A stretch of 64,000 bases of DNA from the NCBI GenBank assembly GCA_965215275.1, contig OZ244044.1:960001-1024000 (forward strand), written 5' to 3'. The stretch's first letter is position 1. Every line of letters starts with the position of its first letter. Positions 41,482-50,900 of this stretch are shown in pieces. The DNA is from Thermodesulfobacteriota bacterium. Lineage in GTDB: Bacteria > Desulfobacterota_D > UBA1144 > Nemesobacterales > JAJCZQ01. The notes under the pieces were generated by a model, which was not told the DNA's origin, did no database searches, and saw only the letters and a list, made by a program, of their open reading frames with translations. A program made the translations under genes and the position numbers.

Positions 41482-42025
41482 TTGAATAAGAATACTACTT
41501 CTACCCCCCCCCATCAAATACGCTATTTTATGGCGATTGTTTAGATGTAATGCAACAATGGTCAGAGGGTTTTGTTGACCTGTGCTATCTTGATCCACCT
41601 TTTAACTCTAAAACAAACTACAATATCTTATTTGGAAAACAAAGTAACAATAAAGCTCAAGCCATTGCTTTTAAAGATACATGGTTTTGGGATGATAAAG
41701 CACTTGAACGAGTAAGTAAGATAAAAAAAGCCGTAGGTCATGGTGCTCATCAGTCTATAACTGGATTACATTTTATACTTGGAGATTGTGGAATGATTTC
41801 TTATCTCTCTTATATGGCTGAAAGACTTATTGAAATTAGAAGAATATTAAAATCTACTGGTAGCATATATCTTCATTGCGACCCAACAGCTTCTCATTAC
41901 CTCAAGGTTATTTTAGATGATGTTTTTGGACAGAAAAATTTCAGAAACGAGATTATTTGGTGTTACACAACCCCTGCAAATGTAAAAAGATATTTTCCGA
42001 GGAAAACAGACACTATATTATTTTA
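41482..42025 (+). pseudogene. 5' half of an N6-adenine MTase / Mrr-like nuclease fusion, interrupted by the IS and out of frame at a C9 tract
   Basis: AGGAGG SD + TTG at 41482; NTLFYGDCL, YLDPPFNS, GSIYLHCD, FRNEIIW; TAG stop created by TSD + TIR. Confidence 0.88.
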
Positions 42026-42069
42026 GGGAATAATATACTTTGTTCGCCAAGAAAGTAAACAGAAAATAC

Positions 42070-42097
42070 TTGACTGTTTTGAAATAAATGATACAAT
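42070..42097 (+). promoter_or_regulatory. Transposase promoter
   Basis: TTGACT-16 nt-TACAAT with an extended -10 TG; AAGGAG SD before ATG 42122. Confidence 0.65.
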
Positions 42098-42121
42098 ATT
42101 CGCCATAAAGGAGAATAAATC

Positions 42122-43075
42122 ATGAGTAAGAACAGTAAGAAATCATCAACAGGTAAAATAAGTATAGTTCAGTTTTTTAAGAAGTTTCCAGATGAGGATT
42201 CAGCAAGAATATGGTTTGAAGAGCAGAAATGGGGTAAAGACAGTAAAGACCGATACTGTCCTCACTGCGGGAGTTTTAACACTGCATCTGTTAAGCATAG
42301 AATGCCGTATAGGTGTAGGGATTGCCGTAAACATTTCAGTATAAGAAGTAAAAGTATATTGTCTGACAGCAATGTTTCTTTTCAAAACTGGCTATTAGCT
42401 ATATACTTGATAACTACCAATCTTAAAGGAGTATCCAGCCATAAACTGGGAAGGGATTTAGAGGTAACACAAAAGACAGCTTGGTTTTTAGGTCACAGGA
42501 TAAGAGAGGCATTTAACGATCAGTCAGATGCAAAGATGTTAGAACCAATAGAGATGGATGAGACCTATGTCGGTGGTTTAGAGAGGAACAAGCATGCCAG
42601 TAAGAAGGTAGAGGGAACACAGGGTAGAAGCACTAAAACTAAATCTGCGGTAGTAGGTATTAAGTCCAGAGTGGATAAGAAGGTTAAAGCAAAGGTAACT
42701 GAAACCGTTAAAAGTGATGAACTACATAAAATGATCAAGGAAACAGTTACAGACGGGTCAACAGTTTATACAGACGAGAACAGAGGGTATAGTGGACTGA
42801 ATAAGAAGGGGTATAAACACAAGACAGTTAATCACGGAGTAGGTGAATATATCAAGGAACAAGCACATACCAATGGGATAGAAAGTTTCTGGTCAATGCT
42901 TAAAAGAGGTTTTATCGGAGTGTATCATAAGATGTCCAGGAAACACCTGCAACGCTACATTAATGAGTATGTAGGTAGACATAATATTAGACCATTACCA
43001 ACTATGGATCAGATGAAAATTATATTTAAGGGATTAGAAGGAAAGAGATTGAAGTATAAAGAATTGATTAGTTAA
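42122..43075 (+). CDS. IS1595 family transposase (zinc ribbon + HTH + ISXO2-like DDE/N domain)
   Basis: CPHCGS...CRDC, QKTAW..GHRIR, DETYVGG, VYTDE, VNH, HTNGIESFWS.LKR, HLQRYINEY..RHN. Confidence 0.95.
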   Translation: MSKNSKKSSTGKISIVQFFKKFPDEDSARIWFEEQKWGKDSKDRYCPHCGSFNTASVKHRMPYRCRDCRKHFSIRSKSILSDSNVSFQNWLLAIYLITTNLKGVSSHKLGRDLEVTQKTAWFLGHRIREAFNDQSDAKMLEPIEMDETYVGGLERNKHASKKVEGTQGRSTKTKSAVVGIKSRVDKKVKAKVTETVKSDELHKMIKETVTDGSTVYTDENRGYSGLNKKGYKHKTVNHGVGEYIKEQAHTNGIESFWSMLKRGFIGVYHKMSRKHLQRYINEYVGRHNIRPLPTMDQMKIIFKGLEGKRLKYKELIS

Positions 43076-43077
43076 AT

Positions 43078-43108
43078 GGTTGACTAAGCATTCACGGTTT
43101 GATATAAG
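43078..43108 (+). promoter_or_regulatory. Post-transposase cargo promoter
   Basis: TTGACT-17 nt-TATAAG with an extended TG, 2 nt after the tnp stop; 28/31 identical copy at 58999-59029. Confidence 0.75.
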
Positions 43109-43135
43109 GTTGTTTAAGTATTAAGGAGAAAAGAA

Positions 43136-43924
43136 ATTATAAACTTAAACCCAACCGATTTTAAAAACTATAGGAAGGATTTAGGATTTACTAACCAAGA
43201 GAAAGCAAAAAGGTTTTTAGCTGCAAAAGATTTAGTTGCTGATATTGATTTTAAGTATCTTGAAAAGTTAAATGACAGAATATTTGAAATAGTTGGTAGG
43301 TTAAATTCTATTATTGCTGAAAATATACGGCATAAAGATATTTACAAGTTTAAAGAATATAATATAGATAAACCTTATAAAATATTAAGGGATAATAGAA
43401 AAATCCAAGTTATGAATAATCTTGGCAGAAGACCCGAGCAAACAACTTTTTCTTGGTTAAGGGGATATGTTATTTTACAATTTTTTCTTCCAGCAATTGA
43501 ATATATTTTTGAAGGAAAAGATATTAAAAACATAGGAGATGATGATTTATATAATATAAAGAAATTTAAAAAAACTCCTACTGCGGATTTAGAGGTAAAT
43601 GACGGTAGAAATAAAATACGATTAGAAATTCAATCAGGTTTTCAAGGGATTAATGATATTAAGCAACATAAAGTGTTGGAAGCACAAAGAAAGTTTAGAG
43701 ATGAAGGGATACCTACTATTGCTATTCATTTTGATATTTTTAATGGACAAACTGCTTTTGTAAGAATAGATAAAATTGCTGATGATGATTTAGGATGGAT
43801 TACAAGACAACAGATGGAAGGTCAAACTGTTTTTGAAATAGACCAAAACAATTTTTTATGGTATCTGCCACATAAAGTACCAACTATATCTGATCTAAAA
43901 CCAGTATTAGATGATGCAATATAA
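43136..43924 (+). CDS. Putative type II restriction endonuclease (PD-(D/E)XK-like), cargo of the IS; probable non-canonical ATT start
   Basis: Frame is open 92 codons upstream of ATG 43412 (YRKDLGFTNQ..AK.F.AAKD); TADLE...LEIQSG...DIKQHK; overlaps the cognate C5 MTase. Confidence 0.72.
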   Translation: MINLNPTDFKNYRKDLGFTNQEKAKRFLAAKDLVADIDFKYLEKLNDRIFEIVGRLNSIIAENIRHKDIYKFKEYNIDKPYKILRDNRKIQVMNNLGRRPEQTTFSWLRGYVILQFFLPAIEYIFEGKDIKNIGDDDLYNIKKFKKTPTADLEVNDGRNKIRLEIQSGFQGINDIKQHKVLEAQRKFRDEGIPTIAIHFDIFNGQTAFVRIDKIADDDLGWITRQQMEGQTVFEIDQNNFLWYLPHKVPTISDLKPVLDDAI

Positions 43925-44990
43925 TATAATAGATTTATTTGCAGGGGTTGGTGGGTTAAGTTATCCGTTTCATAGAAATGACAATTTTAAAGTCATTGCC
44001 GCAAATGAGATACTCAAAGAACCAGCGAAGGCTTACTTGATGAACAATCCTGAAACTCGGATGTATAACATGGATATATCTGAATTTTCAGTAAAGCAAG
44101 TTTTTAAAGATACAGGGGAGAACAGAGTTGATATTGTTTTAGGTGGGCCTCCGTGTCAATCATATTCCACAGCAGGTAAGCGAGATTTGAAAGATCCCCG
44201 TACAGAACTATTTAAAGAGTACTATCGGATTTTACAAGAGTGCCAACCTAAATTGTTTATTTTTGAAAATGTTAGTGGTATGTTGTCAATTAAAAAAGGT
44301 TCACTTTTTATTAAAATGTTATATATGTTTGAAAATATAGGATATACAGTCCAATATAAAATACTTAATGCCGTTGATTATGGAGTACCACAGGTAAGAA
44401 AACGAGTTATAGTAATTGGAACAAAAGACAATATACATTTTGAATTTCCTGAAACAACACACGGTGATGGAAAGATTCCTTTCTTAACAGTTTCAGATGC
44501 TATAAGTGATTTGCCGTTTATTAAAACAGGTGAAATAAGTAATAAATATGCTATGCATCCTCAGAATGAATATCAGAAACATATGAGAAAAGAAAGTAAT
44601 GGTTTATTATCAGATCATTCAGCTCCAAAAAACAATGAAAGATTGTTAAAGATAATGGAATTGTTGCCAGATGGAGGTACACCAAATGATCTACCTGAAA
44701 AACTTAGACCCACTTCAGGTTTTGATAATACATATAGTCGTCTCTGGTGGAATAGACCAAGTACTACTATAACAAGGAATTTAGGTACTCCGTCCTCAGC
44801 ACGATGTGTACATCCAAGAACTCCAAGACCATTAACAACACGGGAAGGAGCAAGATTACAATCATTTCCAGATAGTTTTAAATTTTATGGTTCACGAGGA
44901 AAAAAGAATTTACAAATCGGTGAAGCAGTTCCACCGATACTTTCAAAAGCATTATTAAACAATGTTTGTTATTCACTAAATATAAATTGA
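43911..44990 (+). CDS. DNA (cytosine-5)-methyltransferase, cargo of the IS
   Basis: DLFAGVGG, GGPPCQ, FENV, YGVPQ.RKR, REGARLQSFPD; TRD resembles the H. pylori ACGT-specific M.Hpy99XI as recalled. Confidence 0.95.
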   Translation: MMQYNIIDLFAGVGGLSYPFHRNDNFKVIAANEILKEPAKAYLMNNPETRMYNMDISEFSVKQVFKDTGENRVDIVLGGPPCQSYSTAGKRDLKDPRTELFKEYYRILQECQPKLFIFENVSGMLSIKKGSLFIKMLYMFENIGYTVQYKILNAVDYGVPQVRKRVIVIGTKDNIHFEFPETTHGDGKIPFLTVSDAISDLPFIKTGEISNKYAMHPQNEYQKHMRKESNGLLSDHSAPKNNERLLKIMELLPDGGTPNDLPEKLRPTSGFDNTYSRLWWNRPSTTITRNLGTPSSARCVHPRTPRPLTTREGARLQSFPDSFKFYGSRGKKNLQIGEAVPPILSKALLNNVCYSLNIN

Positions 44991-45001
44991 TATAAACAAA
45001 A

Positions 45002-45157
45002 ATGACAGAGAAAAAGAGAAGTTATACAAGTAGATTTATACCGCATATACCAGCAACTATGGAAGAAGTAGCTGAAGCTATATTCAAACCTAACGCTGAA
45101 TTTGCTAAAAAACAAAGAGAAATTCGTAAAAATAAAAGCAAGAAAAAAACTAAATAA
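45002..45157 (+). CDS. Small basic 51-aa ORF at the right end of the IS
   Basis: MTEKKRSYTSRFIPHIPATMEEVAEAIFKPNAEFAKKQREIRKNKSKKKTK*, stop 5 nt before the right TIR. Confidence 0.5.
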   Translation: MTEKKRSYTSRFIPHIPATMEEVAEAIFKPNAEFAKKQREIRKNKSKKKTK

Positions 45158-45195
45158 TAACTTTGGCGAACAAAGTATATTATTCCCTTATTTTA

Positions 45196-46093
45196 TGTAA
45201 AATCAGAAAAAAGTAACTATACCTTCAACCATAATGATGTTAGAGTGCCTTATAAAAGAGGTAGCAAGTTAGATGGTAAAGGATGGGATACGGGTGTGAC
45301 ATATAGTAAAGAAGAAATAAATAAAGGGAAATTGGTAACAAATTGGTGGTCAGATATAACTCCAGTTCAAAGATTAATAAAAGAGATGATGGGTTATCCT
45401 ACACAAAAACCCGTTGCCTTGCTTAAACGCATAATAAAGGCATCCTCTAATAAGGGAGATATAGTATTAGATCCGTTTTGTGGGTGTGGTACTACAATAG
45501 ATGCAGCAAATGAGTTAAATAGGAACTGGCTAGGAATAGATATATCACCTTACGCTGTAGATTTAATATGTAAGCGTAGATTTGAACATCAGAAAATAGA
45601 TGTAAACGGTATACCAACGAGCATTGCAGGTGCAGAAAAACTGGCAAAGGATAAGCCGTTTGATTTTGAAAAGTGGGCGATCACTCGTATTTCTGGAATG
45701 TTACCAAACAACAAACAACGTGGAGATGGTGGAGTGGATGGACGAGGAACTATTTATCATCCTATACAAGGATCAAAAGGATTAGTATTGGCACAAGTTA
45801 AAGGTGGTCATTTTAGTTTGAGTCAACTACGAGATTTTTTACATACGGTAGACAGAGAGAAAGCAACATTTGGTGTTTTTATTACATTGAAGAATGATGG
45901 AATATCTGACAATGCTAAAGTGGAAGTACAAAAAGCTGGGAAAATAAAAATTGGAGCAAATAGTTATAATAAAGTGCAGATATGGTCTATTGAAGATTAT
46001 TTTGATGATAAAAAAGCTGACCTACCTTCATTAGCCGATCCATTTACAGGCACCGCTATGAAACAATCTCTTTTTAAGCAACATATTTTATAA
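45196..46093 (+). pseudogene. 3' half of the interrupted MTase / Mrr-like nuclease fusion
   Basis: In-frame continuation YVKSEK...; GYPTQKP, LDPFCGCGTT; C-terminal FEKWA...DGGVDG...QVKGG nuclease-like domain. Confidence 0.88.
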
Positions 46094-46238
46094 TGACAAC
46101 ACAAAAAGATAAAAACAGAAAAAATTGATTATGACCCTGTAAGTGAAGAATAATTTACAGAGTTCGCAAAGCAAGTGTTATTGATGAAAAGTTATCCCCA
46201 TACCTACCCATATTAAATTTTTAGAATTACCCATCATA

Positions 46239-46391
46239 TTAAATATTCTTTAAAACAATAATTATAAATAACCCTACTACAGTAACAACAGTTAAATATT
46301 TTAATAAGTTAACTCGTAATTTAAGTTTTTTAATCTCTTCTTCTAAAAACTTTAAATCACTATTTAAATCCTTTTTATCTTTATTCATCAT
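46239..46391 (-). CDS. Small coiled-coil + C-terminal TM protein (50 aa)
   Basis: MMNKDKKDLNSDLKFLEEEIKKLKLRVNLLKYLTVVTVVGLFIIIVLKNI*; starts at the end of the conserved element. Confidence 0.45.
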   Translation of the reverse strand: MMNKDKKDLNSDLKFLEEEIKKLKLRVNLLKYLTVVTVVGLFIIIVLKNI

Positions 46392-46426
46392 CTTACTATT
46401 AAAACTCCTGATAACTGTTATAGATT

Positions 46427-46786
46427 TTAAACTCTAACCTCCCTACCTAATACGAAACTATGGATAATTCCATTATTATATTTTTTAGTATCTTGAATAA
46501 GATCATCTATAACCTCTTTAAATTTTTTCAACATAGCATCAAAACTTTCATAAAAAGTCTCATTCTCATCATAATAGTCATCAACATTTAATGCAGGACA
46601 ACATACCTGATCGATACCAGGTTCATTAATACCTGTAAAATAATAGATATCATGACCTTTATGAGTTTCCAGATACTCAATATTTCTCATAAAGTCATTC
46701 CGATCTCCGAATATATTTTTCCTTTCAGACATATCATATCTGCTTTTAATAATCTTTTGTATTTTTGTCATTTTTCTATTCCTCAT
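46427..46786 (-). CDS. Hypothetical protein, HicB-like paralog
   Basis: Aligns over its length with the C-terminal half of 46845-47483 (RY.....F.DR.DFM.NI.Y, CP.LNV, SFVL). Confidence 0.55.
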   Translation of the reverse strand: MRNRKMTKIQKIIKSRYDMSERKNIFGDRNDFMRNIEYLETHKGHDIYYFTGINEPGIDQVCCPALNVDDYYDENETFYESFDAMLKKFKEVIDDLIQDTKKYNNGIIHSFVLGREVRV

Positions 46787-46844
46787 GGATTAATTTCTCA
46801 TCTCACGATCAGAACTCCCGAGAAGTGTTATAAATTTGAGTTTA

Positions 46845-47483
46845 TTAAACATAAAAATGTTTATCTAATACAAGACTCCAAATTTTTCCATCACTTATTC
46901 TTCTAGAACTGTCAATAACAAGATCCATACCACTTTTAAGATTTTCTATTATCAAACCTTCATCATCATTAAACTCACCTATCTGATCTGAGCTATGAAC
47001 ATTTAATTCAGGACAGGCAGCTTGAAGGTAATCTTTTCCTTTATCATTAAAGATAAACATAGTAAATCCTCTATATTCACCTACATATTTTATATTTTCC
47101 ATAAAATCTAATCTATCTTTAAATACCTTATTACCATCATATCTTTCATTCATTTTTTCTATTTTTGACATTCTTCTATATCTCCTTATTTCATCCAATT
47201 TATATTTCACATTCTTAGATTTATCCATTTCTTTTATATCTTTAATAGCTTTTTTTAAATCTTGTTTATGATAATTATCACAATCTCTATTTGCATGATA
47301 AGCAATTTCAACAAATATATCAGGATATCTATAATAACAATATCTAATATGAGAATCTTTACCTGTTTCTTCTATATTAAAACCTAACTTTTTAACTTTA
47401 CGAATAAAGTTACGAATCTTCATAACACCTTTACCGGTCAATTGAGCAATTAACCTCTCATAAATATAATTTCTATCATCCAT
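46845..47483 (-). CDS. HicA-like toxin domain fused in frame to a HicB-like domain
   Basis: KKLGF....GKDSH....IAYH (HicA dsRBD-like); Y.GF...F.D...QAACPEL...IENLK..MDL.ID (HicB-like); internal AAGGAG + ATG at 47171. Confidence 0.6.
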   Translation of the reverse strand: MDDRNYIYERLIAQLTGKGVMKIRNFIRKVKKLGFNIEETGKDSHIRYCYYRYPDIFVEIAYHANRDCDNYHKQDLKKAIKDIKEMDKSKNVKYKLDEIRRYRRMSKIEKMNERYDGNKVFKDRLDFMENIKYVGEYRGFTMFIFNDKGKDYLQAACPELNVHSSDQIGEFNDDEGLIIENLKSGMDLVIDSSRRISDGKIWSLVLDKHFYV

Positions 47484-47560
47484 AGTTATACTCCTTATTT
47501 ATTTGTCATTTCACTATTAGAACTCCCGAGAACTGTTATAGATTTGATTATTTTTAATTA

Positions 47561-47768
47561 TTAAACTCTAATTTCTTTACCTGATACAAAACTCCAAACT
47601 TTTCCATCACTTATTCTTATAGAACTGTCGATAACAAGACCCATACCACTTGTAAGATTTTCTATTAGCAAATATTCATCATCATTGAATTCACCGATTT
47701 GATGTAACCTGCGAGTATTTAATTCAGAACAGGCAGCTTGAAAATAATCTTTTCCTTTATTATTAAAA
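47561..47768 (-). pseudogene. Truncated duplicate of the HicB-like domain
   Basis: FNNKGKDYFQAACSELN...QIGEFNDDE.L.IENL.SGM.LVIDSS.RISDGK, nearly identical to about 46870-47050. Confidence 0.75.
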
Positions 47769-47919
47769 ACAGAGAAAGAAGTCCACACTTGACATTCGTT
47801 CATAATACTTGGTAAAATAAAAGAGTTATGAAAAATCCAAACATAAAAACATGTAGTTCCATTACCCCCCCCCGTGTATACCTGACCTTTCAGCCTGGTA
47901 TAAGTGTTTTTTAAGAACA

Positions 47920-50900
47920 ATGTTTAAGATAATCCCCCCCCCATCTAAGTTAATCCTTTCTTTATTCTTATTTTTTCTGTGCATCATTACTATAGCTGCA
48001 AAAGGGCAGAGCAGCTTAGAAGAAACATTATCTGAATGCAGAGATATCAGTGCAGACACGGAAGATCCGTTATACGGATGTCAGTGGCATCTGAAGAACA
48101 CGGGGCAGCTTATTTATTCAGGAAAGAGAATAACATCAGGAGAAGATATAAACGTAGAGGGAGTGTGGAACGAAGACGTATACGGTACCGGAATTAACAT
48201 AGCAATAGTAAGTGACGGTATCGACCTTTCACATGAGGACCTTTCTGCTAAGGTCCGTTCCGGACCGAACTATGATCTTTCTGAAAGAAATAATTCTGAA
48301 GAGAACAGTTCAGAAAAAGATAATTCAGAAAGAGATGATCTTTCATACGGTTCATCCTTTAGTGGAACACGAGCGGCAGGTGTAATAGCAGCAACTGGAT
48401 ATAACGGACTGGGAGTAAGAGGAACAGCACCTGGTGCGAGTATATACAGTTACGGGTTAACTGGTGATCTCAGGGAAGCGGACGCGGTGGTCCGTAATAA
48501 GGAAATAACGGCAGTATCGGTTAACGGCCGGGGATCTGAGGACGGAGCTTTTTTTCAGGAGGCTTTATCTTCCTGGGAAGAAGGAGTGGAACTTGGTATA
48601 AGTAAAGGGTTTTATGGTAAAGGAGTGTTTTACGTCCGGGGAGCAGGGGACGGTCATGAGAATAACGATCAGGCTAATTTTTCTGAACATTCTAATTACT
48701 ACGGCGTAACTGCCGTTTGTTCAACTGACGGTTATGGAAAGAAGAGTATATTTTCAGAAGAGGGAGTAAATCTATGGGTATGTGCACCTGGTTCTGATAT
48801 TGTAACTACAGATAACAACAACGATTACGTTGTAACTTCCGGAACATTTCTATCAGCTTCACAGGTTGCAGGAGTGGCAGCACTGCTGAGAGAGATAAAC
48901 GGGCAGCTGAGCTGGAGGGATATAAAGCTTATACTTGCGGGTTCAGCACGGCAGAACGATTTTTTTGACATGAGCTGGGAGACAGGAGCTGTTAAATACG
49001 GTTCTGATACGGAAAGATATAAATATAATCCTAAGTATGGTTTTGGCGTGGTAGACGCAGAAGCAGCGGCAGAGCTTGCCAGAAGCTGGAAAGGCGTTGG
49101 TGAAATGAGGACCGTTACAGCTTCTTCAGATAATGAACTGACAATTCCTGATGGAGAAGGAGAAGCAGACGGTGTCCTTGTCTCCAGACTTATTATCCCT
49201 GACCTGGAAGAAATATTTACGGAATTCGTAGAGGTTGAACTTGTTTTTTCTCATGACCGCTTACAGGACCTCAATATACAGATAACCTCTCCTTCCGGGA
49301 CAGTATCGGAACTTGTCCGGGAGTTTTCAGGGGAGGAAGAAGATGCTGATATCAGTTACCTGAGAAGAACACATCGTTTCGGGTCGGCTAAGCACCTCGG
49401 AGAATACCCTTCCGGAGAATGGGTCCTTCATATATATGATACTGCTTCCGGAGATGGAGAAGCAGAAAATTCAGAAAATACGGGGACCTTGCACTCATGG
49501 AGCATCAGGGTCTACGGGCATGTTTTTTTATCAGACCGTGGCAAGGAGATAACTACTAAAATAACAACCTTGCCACCTATTAGTGACAAGGTCTACGAAC
49601 AAGGTAGACTAGTAAGTGAAGTGATGCCTGAAGCAACGGGAGGAACTACACCTAGATTTGCCTTTACTCACCCTCTACCTGATGGATTGGAATTTGATCG
49701 TGATACCAGAGTGTTAAGTGGGGTACCAACTACTGTGGGTGTGACTAGTGTTAGATATCTTGCTCAAGGTGCAGATAATTTTCAATCCGTAAAGACCTTC
49801 ACTATAACTATAACAGCTTACACTGGACCAAGCTTCGGCAGTGAGAGTATAGAAGATAAAGTATATATAAACGGAGAAGCAGTAAATGAAACACTGCCTG
49901 AAGCAACATCAGGGAATGCTCCATTAACTTACAGCTTAACTAATACTGGGTTAACTACTTTGACTTTACATCGTGGATTGGATTATACAGACAGAGTTAT
50001 AAGTGGAACACTCAATATCAATATTCCAGAAATACTTCCTCACACTTGGAGTTATACATATAAAGTAACAGACAATGATGGAGATACGGATGAGTTAACG
50101 TTCAGTATCACGGTAAGGGATGCAACTGACGTACCTACCTTCAGTGGTGAGACGATAGATGATCAGGAGTATACAGCAGGGGTTCAGATAACACCGGTAA
50201 CGCTGCCTGAGGCAACATCAGGAGATGCTCCGTTAATATACCGTTTAACCCCTGCCTTGCCTGATGGATTGATCTATAACAATATCACCGGAGTTATAAG
50301 CGGAACACCGACTGCTGCAATGTCTGAGACTATGTATACATATACAGTAACGGATAATGATGGAGATACGGATGAGCTGACGTTTAATATTGAGGTAGCA
50401 GCAAGCTTCAGCAACGTAACGATAGAAGATAAGGTTTATATAGCAGGTACAGCAGTAACGGAAATGCTGCCAGAGGCAACTGGACATAATGGAACGGTAA
50501 CATACAGTTTAACCCCATCATTACCAACTGGACTGGACTTTAATACGGCTACCCGGGAGATAAGTGGAACACCTGCTGCTGCAACGTCTCAGACTGCTTA
50601 TACATATACCGTTACTACTGGTGCAGGAGGACCTGCACGAACTTTGACGTTCAGGATAACAGTAGAAGAAGACAGCATGCCGGACTTCAGCGGTGTGACA
50701 ATTCCTGATCGTGTTTACACGGGGAGAACAATAACGCTGCCGGAGGCAACGGGAGGGAATCCACCAGTTACTTACAGTATAACACCTGATCTGCCAGCTG
50801 GATTGAGTTTTAACGAAGTAACGCGGGTTATAAGTGGTACACCCAGGAGAGCATCGACAGGTACTTACACGTATAGTGTAACGGACGGAAATGGAGATAC

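Larger units (their letters stand above)
42026..45187 (+). mobile_element. IS1595-family element carrying a type II RM system as cargo (3,162 bp)
   Basis: Perfect 25-bp TIRs GGGAATAATATACTTTGTTCGCCAA (42026-42050 / 45163-45187); 8-bp TSD TTATTTTA (42018-42025 / 45188-45195); removal restores the target ORF. Confidence 0.95.
46388..47545. repeat. Three dispersed copies of a ~40-bp intergenic element (46388-46427, 46798-46837, 47506-47545); partial fourth copy at 41208-41233
   Basis: Consensus TCATYTYACKATYARAACTCCYGAKAASTGTTATARATTT, one copy between each pair of minus-strand genes. Confidence 0.8.

Noticed and set aside
46388..47545. The 40-bp elements as canonical integron attC sites or CRISPR repeats
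   Set aside because: They lack RYYYAAC...GTTRRRY ends and a long hairpin, spacing is gene-sized, and no integrase is present. Kept only as an unexplained element.
47769..47920. N-terminal part of the listed 119-aa ORF 47561-47920
   Set aside because: Homology to the paralog covers only 47561-47768; the rest is antisense to the peptidase leader, so it is a chance read-through.
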